From Candidatus Caldarchaeales archaeon (GTDB lineage Archaea; Thermoproteota; Nitrososphaeria_A; Caldarchaeales; Calditenuaceae), in NCBI GenBank assembly GCA_039630085.1, contig JBCNVM010000008.1, positions 1 through 64,000 on the forward strand: a stretch of 64,000 nucleotides of DNA, read 5' to 3'. The stretch's first letter is position 1. Each line of letters starts with the position of its first letter. Made by a program: the position numbers and the translations under genes. Shown here one piece after another: positions 46,781 to 56,578 of this stretch. The notes below the pieces were generated by a model, which saw only the letters and a list, made by a program, of their open reading frames with translations, was not told the DNA's origin and ran no database searches.

Positions 46781-47524
46781 ATGGCGAGGCTCGGCCAGCA
46801 CTTCCTCAGGGACAGGAGCGTGGCCGGGAGGATGGTGGAGCTCGCGGAGATACGGAGGGACGACGTGGTCCTCGAGGTCGGGACCGGGACCGGCGAGCTG
46901 ACCGAGGCCATAGCCCGGACCGGGTGCAGGGTCGTGACCGTCGAGATCGACCCGAGACTCGCGGAGGTCGCGAGGAGGAGGTTGAGGTCCTACGGGAACG
47001 TCGAGGTGATCAACGGCGACGCCCTGAGGGTCGAGCTCCCGGAGTTCAACAAGGTCCTCTCTTCCCCTCCCTACTACATCTCCACGAGGCTCCTTAGGTG
47101 GCTGGCCACGAGGGCGCTCCCGGAGAGGGCGGTCCTTCTCCTCCAGAGGGAGTTCGCGGAGAAGCTGGTCGCGGAGCCGGGGACGAGGAAGTACGTCCTG
47201 ACGAGCCTGCTGGTGAGGAGCGCCTTCGACGTCCGGATCGCCTTCGACGTCGGCAGGAGGGCTTTCAGCCCGCCCCCCAAAGTCACTTCCTCCGTGGTGA
47301 CGCTCTCGAGGAGGCAAGGAGAGGTCTACCCGGACTGGTTCGTCGAGGTGCTCGCAGGGGCCTTCACGACTAGGCGCAGGCTCCTCAGGGGGGTTCTGGC
47401 CCGGATGTCGGTCCCTTGCCCTCCGGAGCTCTCGGGACTCAGGGTCTGCGAGCTCGACCCGGACCTAGCCAGCAGGCTCCTCGAAGCCCTCCGGGAGGGC
47501 CGTCGGCCGCACCAGCTCGCGTAG
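46781..47524 (+). CDS. rsmA: 16S rRNA m6,2A dimethyltransferase KsgA/Dim1
   Basis: LGQHFL, LEVGTGTG, EID, FSPPPKVTS. Confidence 0.92.
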   Translation: MARLGQHFLRDRSVAGRMVELAEIRRDDVVLEVGTGTGELTEAIARTGCRVVTVEIDPRLAEVARRRLRSYGNVEVINGDALRVELPEFNKVLSSPPYYISTRLLRWLATRALPERAVLLLQREFAEKLVAEPGTRKYVLTSLLVRSAFDVRIAFDVGRRAFSPPPKVTSSVVTLSRRQGEVYPDWFVEVLAGAFTTRRRLLRGVLARMSVPCPPELSGLRVCELDPDLASRLLEALREGRRPHQLA

Positions 47525-47527
47525 ATA

Positions 47528-48757
47528 TTGAGGGGAGGGAGACTATATGACGTGAGGAGCAGGTGGGTCTACCCCGCCGTGGGCATGGCGGCCAATCTGG
47601 TCCTCGGGACGATCTACAGCTGGAGCGTCTTCCGCAGGCCCCTCGAGGACTTCTGCGGTTGGTCGGAGTTCGAGTCCTCGCTGCCGTTCTCGGTCTTCCT
47701 CTTCTCCTTCGCAGCGACGATGCCCTTCGGGGGCCGGATGATCGCGAGGCGCGGGCCGCAGCTCACCGCGGCCGTCGGCGCGGTCCTCGTCTGGGCGGGA
47801 TGGGTCCTCTCGAGCCTCGTCTTCCCAATGAGGGACTCGCTGCTCCTGACGCTATTCTTCTACGGCGTCGTCGCGGGCGTCGGCGTCGGGCTCTACTACG
47901 GCGTCCCGATCGCGGTCTCGAGCAGGTGGTTCCCCGAGAGGAGGGGGCTGGCGGTGGGGCTGACGGTCCTCGGGTTCGGGCTCTCGCCGCTGATCACGGC
48001 GCCCCTCGCGGCCCACTCGATCCTCCAGCTCGGCGTGACCGGCGCGTTCGCGGTGCTCGGGACGGCGTTCGGGGTCCTGCTCGCGGCCCTCTCCAAGCTC
48101 CTCAGGTTTCCCGAGGCCGGGGAAGTTCAGACGAGGACAGCGGAGGTGAGCAGGTCCTCCGAGAGGGACATCGCGCCTGACCGGATGGTGAGGACGGGCC
48201 TCTTCAGGGCCCTCTGGCTCTGCTACCTCTCGGGAACCTTCGGCGGCTTCATCGCGATCTCCCTCTCCGCGAAGTACTGCGTCGACGTGATCGGCATGAC
48301 ACCACAGGCCGCTGCGGCCATGACGGGGCTCTTCGCGGTCTTCAACGGCGCAGGCAGGCCCTTCTTCGGGTACCTGACAGACAGGCTCTCCGCTAGGGCC
48401 GCGGCCCTGCTCAGCTTCGTGATCCTCCTGATCGCGTCCTCGACGATGGCGCTCTCGGGCTCGGTGGCCGCCTTCGTCGCCTCCTTCTCCGCGCTCTGGT
48501 TCGTCTTCGGGGGCTGGCTGGCGATCGCGCCCAGCCTGACATCGAAGTTCTTCGGGCTGAGGCACCTCTCGACCAACTACGGGATCGTCTTCACCGCCTA
48601 CGGGGCCTCGGCGCTGCTCGCGCCCCCCATCGCCGCGTTCCTCCGCGAGTCCTTCGGGACCTACGCCGTGCCCTTCGCGACCACCGCTGCCCTCTCGGTG
48701 ATCGGGATGGCCCTCGCGGCCCTATGGCTGAGACCCGAGCGGGAGGGGAAGTCCTGA
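47528..48757 (+). CDS. MFS transporter, oxalate/formate antiporter family
   Basis: GTIYSWSVF, WFPERRGLAVG, NGAGR, NYGIVFTAYG. Confidence 0.88.
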   Translation: MRGGRLYDVRSRWVYPAVGMAANLVLGTIYSWSVFRRPLEDFCGWSEFESSLPFSVFLFSFAATMPFGGRMIARRGPQLTAAVGAVLVWAGWVLSSLVFPMRDSLLLTLFFYGVVAGVGVGLYYGVPIAVSSRWFPERRGLAVGLTVLGFGLSPLITAPLAAHSILQLGVTGAFAVLGTAFGVLLAALSKLLRFPEAGEVQTRTAEVSRSSERDIAPDRMVRTGLFRALWLCYLSGTFGGFIAISLSAKYCVDVIGMTPQAAAAMTGLFAVFNGAGRPFFGYLTDRLSARAAALLSFVILLIASSTMALSGSVAAFVASFSALWFVFGGWLAIAPSLTSKFFGLRHLSTNYGIVFTAYGASALLAPPIAAFLRESFGTYAVPFATTAALSVIGMALAALWLRPEREGKS

Positions 48758-48814
48758 AGCCGGTCGGCCGCGGGAATCTTTTTCGTCGACAGAGCGGGAT
48801 TACACTGGGCTGGC

Positions 48815-50059
48815 GTGGACTTCGGCTCGGTCGCGGTCTCGAGGGTCGAGGCTGGGCTCGAGAGGAGTTACTGCGAGGTCTGCGGGAACGTCGCGAGGTT
48901 CTGCAGGCTGACGAGGTGCCCGTTCTACAGACACGTCGTCGAAGAACTGAGGGGCCTTATCTCGTCGTCGAGGGGCTCGGTCTTCGGTCCGACGCCCCCG
49001 GCGATGCTGGTGGGCGAGAGGGGCTACCCGAGGGTCGTCGCGGGGCCCGCGGTCAGCGTCGCTCCGGAGCTGCTCGTCGGACCGAACCCCAAGGAGTGGC
49101 TCAACAAGTCACTAGAGGAGCTCCTCGCCTCGAGGCTCTCTCTGGTGATGGGGAGGAAGAGGGTCGACGCCAGGAGGCCGCTCTCCGAGAGGACGGTCCG
49201 GGAGCTGTTCGAGGCGGAGCTCTCCGTCAGGCCCGTCGACGTCGAGCTCTCCTACGAGGGCCCCGTCGTCCACAGGCCCGGTTTCTTCGCGAGGTCGATG
49301 CCCCACGGCCCCTCCGTGAGGCTGAAGTCGGCCCGCGTCGCCGGGAACCCGAGGATCCCGAGGAAGGTCGAGGAGGTGATCGAGGGGGAGATGAGGGCCG
49401 AGCAGGCGGTGATCGAGCTCGCGGAGAGCGGGCTGGACCAGCAGTACGTCACGAGGGCCCTCTCGATCGGCGCGCTCGGCTCCCCCGTGAGGCGGAGGCT
49501 CGTACCGACCGAGTGGAGCATAACTGCGGTCGACGAGATCCTCTCGAGGCCGCTGCTGAGGAGGGTGAGGAGATACCCGCTCCTTAACGAGGTGAGGCTC
49601 CACAGCTTCTCGGCCCTCCACAACTCGGCCCACGTCCTGCTCCTGCCGACCTCCTGGGCCTTCGAGCTCCTCGAGGGTTGGCCGAAGTTCCCGGAGGACT
49701 CGCCCTACGCGGACCACGAGCTCCACTTCGGGAGGACCGACTACGCCGAGAACACCGGAGGGGCCTACTACGCGGTCAGGCTCGCCGTCCTGAGGCACCT
49801 CGCGTCCGAGAGGAGGCAGGCGGGCGCTGTCGTCCTCTTCGAGGTCGGGAGGGGCTGGATACCGCTCGGCGTCTGGAGGTTCAGGGAGGTGACCGCGGCC
49901 GCGCTCGGGAGTCCGCCGGAGAGGTTCCAGAGCCTCGAGGAGGCCCTGGAGCGGATCAGGCCGAGGCTCGAGCTCCCGCTGGAGAGGTACCTCGCCAAGA
50001 GCGCGGTCATCAGGTTGCTGGTCGCGCAGAGGACCCTCACGGGCTCGAGGGCGCTCTGA
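48815..50059 (+). CDS. Nre-family DNA repair protein
   Basis: C..C...C...CP N-terminus, GYPRV, RLVPTEWSITAVD, GGAYYA, GVWR; C-terminal PIP-like QRTL. Confidence 0.85.
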   Translation: MDFGSVAVSRVEAGLERSYCEVCGNVARFCRLTRCPFYRHVVEELRGLISSSRGSVFGPTPPAMLVGERGYPRVVAGPAVSVAPELLVGPNPKEWLNKSLEELLASRLSLVMGRKRVDARRPLSERTVRELFEAELSVRPVDVELSYEGPVVHRPGFFARSMPHGPSVRLKSARVAGNPRIPRKVEEVIEGEMRAEQAVIELAESGLDQQYVTRALSIGALGSPVRRRLVPTEWSITAVDEILSRPLLRRVRRYPLLNEVRLHSFSALHNSAHVLLLPTSWAFELLEGWPKFPEDSPYADHELHFGRTDYAENTGGAYYAVRLAVLRHLASERRQAGAVVLFEVGRGWIPLGVWRFREVTAAALGSPPERFQSLEEALERIRPRLELPLERYLAKSAVIRLLVAQRTLTGSRAL

Positions 50060-50082
50060 CGGCCGTCGGACGGGAGAGCTGG

Positions 50083-50763
50083 TCAGAGGATCAGGACGGA
50101 GAGGGACGCGGCCAGCATGACCGAGAGGAGGAGCAGGTCTGTAGCCCTCGCGTCTAGGGGCGCGAGCGGCCTCCAAGCGTACGGATCGAAGCCCCTCGCC
50201 TCGAGCGCCGTCGAGAGCCTCTCCGCTCTCTCGGCCAGCCCTTGGAGCACGGCCCTCATCAGGTGACCGGCCCCAGTGAGGTAGCCCATCGGGTGCGTCA
50301 GCAGCCCCTTGCTCCTCAGGGCCAGGACGACCTCGTCGAGGGAGTCGAGCGTCCTGACGACGACCGTGTGGGAGACGGCTATCGCCGCGGACATCCACCT
50401 CGGGAACCTGAGGTGCGAGGAGAGCGACCACGCGAGCTCCCATGGGTCCGTGCCGTACGCGAAGAGCAGCGCCGAGGAGGTCAGCGTCCAGACCCTCAGG
50501 GGGAGGAGGGCGAGAAGGGAGGGGTCGCGGTCGGGGGAGTTGAGGAACGCGAACGCCCCGAGCCCCAGCCCCATCGGGAGCAGCCTGAGGCACCACTTCG
50601 CCACCTGGGATGGACTCCGGGTGACGGCGGAGGCCGCGGCCGTGACGACCGCCGCGATCGGGAGGAGGTGGACCGGGTCTCGCTCCAGCGTCGCCGCGCT
50701 CGCCACGGCTAGCAGGCCCAGAAGGGAGACGGTCGGGTGAACCGCGCTCCTCCTACGGATCAA
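50083..50763 (-). CDS. ECF transporter T component
   Basis: Hydrophobic; ALRSKG and ALEARGF motifs. Confidence 0.8.
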   Translation of the reverse strand: MIRRRSAVHPTVSLLGLLAVASAATLERDPVHLLPIAAVVTAAASAVTRSPSQVAKWCLRLLPMGLGLGAFAFLNSPDRDPSLLALLPLRVWTLTSSALLFAYGTDPWELAWSLSSHLRFPRWMSAAIAVSHTVVVRTLDSLDEVVLALRSKGLLTHPMGYLTGAGHLMRAVLQGLAERAERLSTALEARGFDPYAWRPLAPLDARATDLLLLSVMLAASLSVLIL

Positions 50764-52036
50764 CCCTCCTCACCGACCCCTCCTGGAGGACGTGGACCTC
50801 GTCGGCGACCGACCTGACGAAGTGCCTGTCGTGGGACGCGACCAACACGATCGAACCCGTCCCGGCAGCTGACCTGATCACTTCGGCCATCAGCCGCTTG
50901 TTAGCGGGGTCGAGGCCTGCAGCCGGCTCGTCGAGCGCGATGAGCGCCGGCCTCCTCAGGACCGCGGAGAGGACCGCGACGGCGCGCCTCGCTCCCAAGC
51001 TGAGGCCGTGTACGGGCTCCTGGAGGAGCCTCCTCGGGCCGACCTCGAACTTCATGGTAGTCCGGGACCTCGAGGCCAGCTCGATCTCCTCGGCGGCGGT
51101 CCTCTCGGTCAGGTACGCGCTCGGGTTCTGCGGGCAGTACGCGGCCCTCGGCGGAGAAGGAGGCGAGCCGTCGAGGGTCACCCTGCCCAGCCACGGCTTC
51201 AGGGCGCCGGTGAGAAGCTTCAGCGCGGTCGACTTGCCGGACCCGTTCGGGCCGGTCAGAGCTACGACCGTCCCGGACCTCGCGGCCAACGAGAGCCCCC
51301 TGATCACCTCCCTGCCCATCCTGTACCCGAACCTGACGCCCTCCGCGACCAGCTCATGGGACCTCGACCCGTCAGGGTCCGCGGCCTGCAGCTTCACCGA
51401 TAGCGCCTCGCGTTCGCAGTCGAGCTCGACCTCGACGTCCGGCTCGATCGGGAGGTCCGCTCGGTCGCTCACAGCCGCGACCACGAGTGTGCCCTCCGAG
51501 ACCACCTCGCGCAGGACCTGGGCCACCTCCTGCCTCGCAGCCTCGTCGACGTGGGAGAGGGGGCCGTCGAGCAGAAGGAGCCTCGGCCTCGGCACGAGGG
51601 CAGCCGCGAGCGCGAGCCTCTGGACCTGCCCGCCCGAGAGCTCCCGGATCCTCTCGCCGGACATCTCGCTCAGCCCCACGGACCTCAGGGCCCACTCGAC
51701 GGAGTTGACAGCCTCCTCGGACCTCAAGCCCAAGCACTCGGCGGAGAAGAGCACTTCGTCTATTACCCGTTCCCTCACCATAACTGAGTAGGGGTCGTCG
51801 GGGACGTAGGAGACGAGCCTCCTCAGCTCCCGCGGGCCGAAGTCCCTCAGCTCCCTGCCCATGAACCGTGCTGAGCCCTCGTAGGGGAGGAGGCCCGCGA
51901 GCGCGAGCATCAGCGAGCTCTTCCCGCACCCGTTCGGGCCGACGACCGATACCAGCGAGGGCCCCTCGACCTCGAGGTCGACCTCAGGCCCGAGCCAGCC
52001 GCCCCGCCCTGGCCTGAACCGCTCGAGCCTCAGCAA
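50753..52036 (-). CDS. ECF transporter duplicated ATPase
   Basis: Two Walker A motifs (GPNGCGKS, GPNGSGKS), LSGGQ. Confidence 0.85.
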   Translation of the reverse strand: MLRLERFRPGRGGWLGPEVDLEVEGPSLVSVVGPNGCGKSSLMLALAGLLPYEGSARFMGRELRDFGPRELRRLVSYVPDDPYSVMVRERVIDEVLFSAECLGLRSEEAVNSVEWALRSVGLSEMSGERIRELSGGQVQRLALAAALVPRPRLLLLDGPLSHVDEAARQEVAQVLREVVSEGTLVVAAVSDRADLPIEPDVEVELDCEREALSVKLQAADPDGSRSHELVAEGVRFGYRMGREVIRGLSLAARSGTVVALTGPNGSGKSTALKLLTGALKPWLGRVTLDGSPPSPPRAAYCPQNPSAYLTERTAAEEIELASRSRTTMKFEVGPRRLLQEPVHGLSLGARRAVAVLSAVLRRPALIALDEPAAGLDPANKRLMAEVIRSAAGTGSIVLVASHDRHFVRSVADEVHVLQEGSVRRVDP

Positions 52037-52601
52037 CCGGCCATCCCCTCAGGGAGCCGGCCTCGACGAGCCTGTCGACGACTGCCTTGACCAGAACTCC
52101 TCCGAGCAGGACGCCGCTGACCAGCATCGCGCCCACGATCGACGCGTGGAGCCAGACCGGGTAGGTCCTGCAGGCCGGGTAGAAGGGCGAGACCAGACAG
52201 TCGAAGGGATAGGCCGCGATCACGGGCAGCGCTCCCGCGAGGGCCATCGTCCCCCACCCCCACCTCCTGTACCTCCCCAGCGCGAAGGCCAGCTCGCTCA
52301 TGATCCCCTGGGCCGGGCCGTAGTAGTAGAGGAGGACCGAGTAGGGGCTGATCAGGAGCAGCTCGACGACCGCCGCGATCGTCTCGCCCGCGAAGGCCGC
52401 TCCCCTTTTCCTTATCACGTAGGCCGGAAGCGTCCCTCCCACGAACCAGAGCCCGTAGATCGCCGCTATTCCCAGGTGCCCGAGGAGCGGGTAGACCACC
52501 AGCACCGCGATCTGGCTCCAGGCCGCGAAGACGACCCCCGCCAGCGCCGAGAAGGCCGCCAGCCCCACGACGTCCCTCGTCGTGAACCTCCCGCCGTTCA
52601 C
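51984..52601 (-). CDS. ECF S component, YkoE-like (thiamine-related)
   Basis: RDVV, GLWF...VIRKRGAAFAGE..AA.VE, QG..SEL. Confidence 0.75.
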   Translation of the reverse strand: MNGGRFTTRDVVGLAAFSALAGVVFAAWSQIAVLVVYPLLGHLGIAAIYGLWFVGGTLPAYVIRKRGAAFAGETIAAVVELLLISPYSVLLYYYGPAQGIMSELAFALGRYRRWGWGTMALAGALPVIAAYPFDCLVSPFYPACRTYPVWLHASIVGAMLVSGVLLGGVLVKAVVDRLVEAGSLRGWPVAEARAVQARAGRLARA

Positions 52602-52694
52602 GGCCTGCCCGGTCGAAGGGCTTCCGCATAAATCATCATATCAACCGCTTATGGACTCGGGTTTTATAGGGGTTGGGGCCGAGGGGCTGGCGAC

Positions 52695-53429
52695 ATGAGG
52701 GCGGTGATCCTTTCGGGAGGCGAGGGGAGGAGGCTGAGGCCGCTGACGTACTACTTCCAGAAGTCGATGGTCCCGGTCGGGAGGAGGCAGATGCCCCTGC
52801 TCTACTACATCATGGCGAACCTCGCCAACCACGGCGTCAGGGACTTCCTGGTTCTGGTCGGTTACAAGTCCGAGCAGGTCGTCAACTTCTTCGGCGACGG
52901 GAGCAGGTTCGGGTGGAGGGTGAGCTACGTCGAGGACGCGGAGGGATACTCGGGGACCGGAGGCGCGATGCTGAACGCGATCGAGCGGGGAGCCCTCTCC
53001 GCGGACGAGGACGTGCTGGTCCATTACGGCGACATCCTCACCAACGTCAACGCTTCGAGGCTGATCGAGCTCCACAGGTCCACGTCGGCGGACGCGGTCC
53101 TCGCCCTCTCGAGGTCCTACGAGCTCCCGGTGGGGGTCGCGAGGGTCTCCGACGGGAGGGTCGTCGAGCTGCAGGAGAAGCCGAAGATCGACGTCCACGT
53201 CACGATCGGCGTCCTGACGCTATCCGGGAGGGCCCTCGGTCTCCTGAGGGGGCTGGGAAGTAGCTCGGACCTGATGAGGGACCTGATCCCCGCGATGATC
53301 GAAAGGGGGATGGCCGTCTATCCGTACCTGCTCGAGGACGAGCTCTGGTTCGACGTGGGGACGACGGAGAGGTACGAGAAGCTCAGCTCCGAGGACGTCG
53401 ACTCGATGTTCTGGTTCCTGAGGGGCTGA
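52695..53429 (+). CDS. Sugar-phosphate nucleotidyltransferase
   Basis: ILSGGEGRRLRPLT...K, GTGGA, YGD, EKP, WFDVGT. Confidence 0.88.
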   Translation: MRAVILSGGEGRRLRPLTYYFQKSMVPVGRRQMPLLYYIMANLANHGVRDFLVLVGYKSEQVVNFFGDGSRFGWRVSYVEDAEGYSGTGGAMLNAIERGALSADEDVLVHYGDILTNVNASRLIELHRSTSADAVLALSRSYELPVGVARVSDGRVVELQEKPKIDVHVTIGVLTLSGRALGLLRGLGSSSDLMRDLIPAMIERGMAVYPYLLEDELWFDVGTTERYEKLSSEDVDSMFWFLRG

Positions 53430-53485
53430 AGGCTCGGGTCAGAACTAATAAGACGGCGACTCGGGAGGGACCCGGTAGGTCGCGC

Positions 53486-54127
53486 ATGCAGGTCGAAGTC
53501 GTCGAGAGGGGAGGCGAGTCGCTGACGCTGGAGCTGAAGGGCGTCAACCTCTCCCTCGCGAACGCGCTCCGGAGGCACGCGATCAACGAGGTCCCGGTCA
53601 TGGCAGTCGAGGAGGTGCTGGTGATGGAGAACTCGTCGGTCGTCAGCAACGAGGTGCTGGTCCACAGGATATCCCTGATACCGTTCGTGACCGACCTGGA
53701 GAACTACAGGCTCCCGGAGGAGTGCGACTGCAACAACAGGCTCGGATGCGAGAGGTGCGTCGTGAGGTTCTCGCTGAAGGCGGCTGCGGCCGAAGAGGCG
53801 GTCACGGTCTACTCCAGGGACGTGGTGAGGGAGAGCGGGACCGAGGTGGTGAGGCCCTACAGCGGGGACGTACCGATCGTCAAGCTCGCCCCCGGTCAGG
53901 CGATCGAGCTCGAGCTCTACGTGAGGCTCGGGAAGGGGTCGAGGCACGCGAAGTGGCAGCCGGGGATCGCGACCGTCTACGAGGCCGGCCCCGGGAGCAG
54001 GAGGCTCTACGTCGAGTCCTTCGGGTTCCTCGCCCCGGAGAGGATCGTCGTCGAGGCCGCGAAGGCTATCGAGAGGGAGCTGGGAGAGCTTGAGGCCGCG
54101 ATCGGGGAGGCGATGAAGGGTGGGTAA
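53486..54127 (+). CDS. rpo3: DNA-directed RNA polymerase subunit Rpo3 (D)
   Basis: ANALRR, EVPVMAV, HRISLIP, PIVKL, HAKWQP. Confidence 0.93.
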   Translation: MQVEVVERGGESLTLELKGVNLSLANALRRHAINEVPVMAVEEVLVMENSSVVSNEVLVHRISLIPFVTDLENYRLPEECDCNNRLGCERCVVRFSLKAAAAEEAVTVYSRDVVRESGTEVVRPYSGDVPIVKLAPGQAIELELYVRLGKGSRHAKWQPGIATVYEAGPGSRRLYVESFGFLAPERIVVEAAKAIERELGELEAAIGEAMKGG

Positions 54128-54494
54128 GCTCTACAGGCCCGAGCCGACGAGGTACGGCCGGCTGGTCGCCGCGGTGGGCAGGCTGGCCGACGCCTCGACG
54201 GAGCGGAAGGGGTTCTGGGAGCGGGTCCTCAAGGAGCTGAAGAGGAGCAGGAGGTCCGGGCGCGCCGTCAACCTCCACCGCCTCAACAGGCTCACATCCC
54301 CCAACGACAAGGTCCTCGTGCTGGGGAAGCTCCTCGGCGTAGGGAGGCTCGACCACCCGGTCAAGGTCGTCGCGTTCGACTTCTCCGAAGCCGCCTACCG
54401 GAAGGTGAGGGAGTCGGGCGGGGAGGCGATCTACCTAGACCAGTTCATATCCCGGGGCGAGCCCGACGTCTCCGGGTTCAAGCTGATGGGGTGA
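54120..54494 (+). CDS. rpl18e: 50S ribosomal protein L18e
   Basis: VNLHRLNR, GKLLGVG, AFDFSE.A. Confidence 0.9.
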   Translation: MGKLYRPEPTRYGRLVAAVGRLADASTERKGFWERVLKELKRSRRSGRAVNLHRLNRLTSPNDKVLVLGKLLGVGRLDHPVKVVAFDFSEAAYRKVRESGGEAIYLDQFISRGEPDVSGFKLMG

Positions 54495-54500
54495 ACAGGT

Positions 54501-54986
54501 GTGGAGGAGCTGGTGGTGATCGACGGGTCCGGCCACAGGTTCGGGAGGCTGGCGTCCAAGGTCGCGAAGCTGCTGCTAGAGGGGAAGAGGGTCGTGGTCC
54601 TTAACGCGGAGAAGATCGTCGTCACAGGGGCCAAGTCAGCCGTAATGGAGAGGTACCTCGCGCTCCTCGACAGGAAGTGGCACTCCTCGATCGAGAGGGT
54701 CCAGATCTGGAACCCCAGGAGGCCCGACAGGATCTTCTGGTACGCGGTCAAGAGGATGCTCCCGAAGAAGAAGGCGAGCGGAGAGGAGGCGATCTCGAGG
54801 CTGAGGGTCTACATCGGCGTCCCGGAGGAGTTCGCGGCGCGCAAGGCCATGAGGGTCCCCGACGCGGAGCACAGTTCCGGCATCAGCAGGTCCGGCAGGC
54901 TGATCAAGTCCGTCACGCTCGGCGAGCTCTCGGAGCTGATAGGCGGTCGCGCCGCGAGACCGCAGAGGCCCGAACCCAGGAGATGA
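54501..54986 (+). CDS. rpl13: 50S ribosomal protein uL13
   Basis: GRLASKVAK.LL.G, NAEK, AVKRMLP, RLRVYIGVP. Confidence 0.92.
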   Translation: MEELVVIDGSGHRFGRLASKVAKLLLEGKRVVVLNAEKIVVTGAKSAVMERYLALLDRKWHSSIERVQIWNPRRPDRIFWYAVKRMLPKKKASGEEAISRLRVYIGVPEEFAARKAMRVPDAEHSSGISRSGRLIKSVTLGELSELIGGRAARPQRPEPRR

Positions 54987-55390
54987 GCCGGAAGCCCAAG
55001 AACGCGGTAGTGGCCCTGCTCGCGAAGAGCAGGAGGTACCTGACCGACGACGACGTGATCGAGGTGCTCCACGTCCTCGCCCACCTGAAGAAGGAGCCGT
55101 TCTCCCTCAGGGACCTGAGGAGCATGCTTCCAGAGAGCGTCACGTCACGGCCGCACGTCGCGAGGAGCGTCACGAACCTGCTGAACACGCTGATCAACAT
55201 CGGGTACCTGGAGAGATATAGCGAGCGGAGGTACAGGAAGCTCTACGACAACCTGTCGCTCTTCCTCATAGGCCAGGTGATGGAGCTCTCGGCGATCGAG
55301 AACGCCCCGCTGGCCCGGAAGGCGGAGGAGAGCGTCCTCAAGCAGCTGAGGCGGACCAAGGCCGAAGGGGCCAGAGAGGCCGGCGTCTGA
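54983..55390 (+). CDS. Hypothetical winged-helix-like protein
   Basis: ATGA overlap with rpl13; PFSLRDL...VTNLLNTLINIGYLERYSERRY pattern. Confidence 0.7.
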   Translation: MSRKPKNAVVALLAKSRRYLTDDDVIEVLHVLAHLKKEPFSLRDLRSMLPESVTSRPHVARSVTNLLNTLINIGYLERYSERRYRKLYDNLSLFLIGQVMELSAIENAPLARKAEESVLKQLRRTKAEGAREAGV

Positions 55391-56542
55391 TCACCCGGCG
55401 AATGCCTTCTCCACGACCCCGTCTACGTCGACCCTGTTGGTCCTGACCCCCAACTCCTCCAGGGAGGCCGAGAGAGCCCTCAGCGTCCTCCTCACCCTCT
55501 CTGGCGTCACCATCCCCATGTTCCCGATCCTGAAGATCAGGCCCTTCGTCCTGCCCATGCCTCCGGCGATGTGGACGCCGTGCCTCTCCCTCATCACCTT
55601 CGTGAGCTGGGCGTCCTGGACGCCGTCCGGGAGCCTGGCAGCGATCAGGGTCCTCGACCTGAACGGGTCCCTCGGGAAGACCCTCAACCCCATCCCCTCG
55701 AGGGCCTCGTAGAAGGCCGCGCTCCCCTGCCTGTGGGCCGAGTACCACCTCTCCAGCCCCCTTTCCAGCATATAGTCGAGTGAGGCGTCGAGGGCGTAGA
55801 AGAGGGAGATGGCGGGGGTGAAGGGCGTCTCCAGCCTCTTCATGAACTCCTCGTGGGTCAGGAGGTCGAAGTAGTGGGGCCTCTTGGGCTTCCTCTTGGC
55901 CTTCTCCCTCGCCTCGTCGGAGACGTAGACGATCGCGAGGCCCGGGGGAGCCGCGAGGCACTTCTGGGTGCCGCCCACGAAGGACGCGAGGCCCCACCCG
56001 CTGACCTCGAGCGGGTAGCCGCCGATGGAGGTGACTCCGTCGACGATCAGCAGTATCCCGTTCCTCTTGCAGTACTCCGCGATCTCGGGGACGTAGGGAT
56101 TGAACGCGCCGGCAGAGGTCTCGTTGTGGACCAGCAGCGCGACATCGACGCCGTTCCTCGACTCGACCTCGCTCCTGAACTGCTCGGGCGTAACAGCGGT
56201 CCCGAGCTCGTTCTCGACCCTGACGACGCGGTCCGAGTAGTACTCCGCGGCCACGGTCATCCTCTCCGCGAAGAGGCCGTTCACGAACGCGATGACCCTG
56301 TCGTTCCTGTCGATGAGGTTCGAGACCGCGAACTCTATCCCTCCGGTCGAGGAACAGGTGAGCACGAAGACCTCGCCGGACGTCGCGCCCAGCACCTTCC
56401 TCAGCTTCTCGATCACCTCGCCGTGGAGCCTCCTGAACTCCTCGCCCCTGTGGTTGATCATCCGGCGGGCCATCGCTGCGAGCGCCTGCTCGGGGACGTC
56501 CGTCGGACCGGGGAGCATCAGGATGTGATCGTCGCTGTCCAC
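55391..56542 (-). CDS. Class V PLP aminotransferase (serine-pyruvate/alanine-glyoxylate type)
   Basis: LMLPGPT, HNETS, VDGVTS, GTQKCLAAPPGL, FRIGNMG. Confidence 0.92.
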   Translation of the reverse strand: MDSDDHILMLPGPTDVPEQALAAMARRMINHRGEEFRRLHGEVIEKLRKVLGATSGEVFVLTCSSTGGIEFAVSNLIDRNDRVIAFVNGLFAERMTVAAEYYSDRVVRVENELGTAVTPEQFRSEVESRNGVDVALLVHNETSAGAFNPYVPEIAEYCKRNGILLIVDGVTSIGGYPLEVSGWGLASFVGGTQKCLAAPPGLAIVYVSDEAREKAKRKPKRPHYFDLLTHEEFMKRLETPFTPAISLFYALDASLDYMLERGLERWYSAHRQGSAAFYEALEGMGLRVFPRDPFRSRTLIAARLPDGVQDAQLTKVMRERHGVHIAGGMGRTKGLIFRIGNMGMVTPERVRRTLRALSASLEELGVRTNRVDVDGVVEKAFAG

Positions 56543-56578
56543 GTCCTAACTGGCTCGAGGCAATTAATCAACGGTCAG

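Noticed and set aside
52602-52694. TPP riboswitch upstream of the YkoE-like ECF transporter
   Set aside because: No CTGAGA or other TPP core and too little space; only a weak CATAA...TTATG inverted pair, not enough to call a ThiR site.
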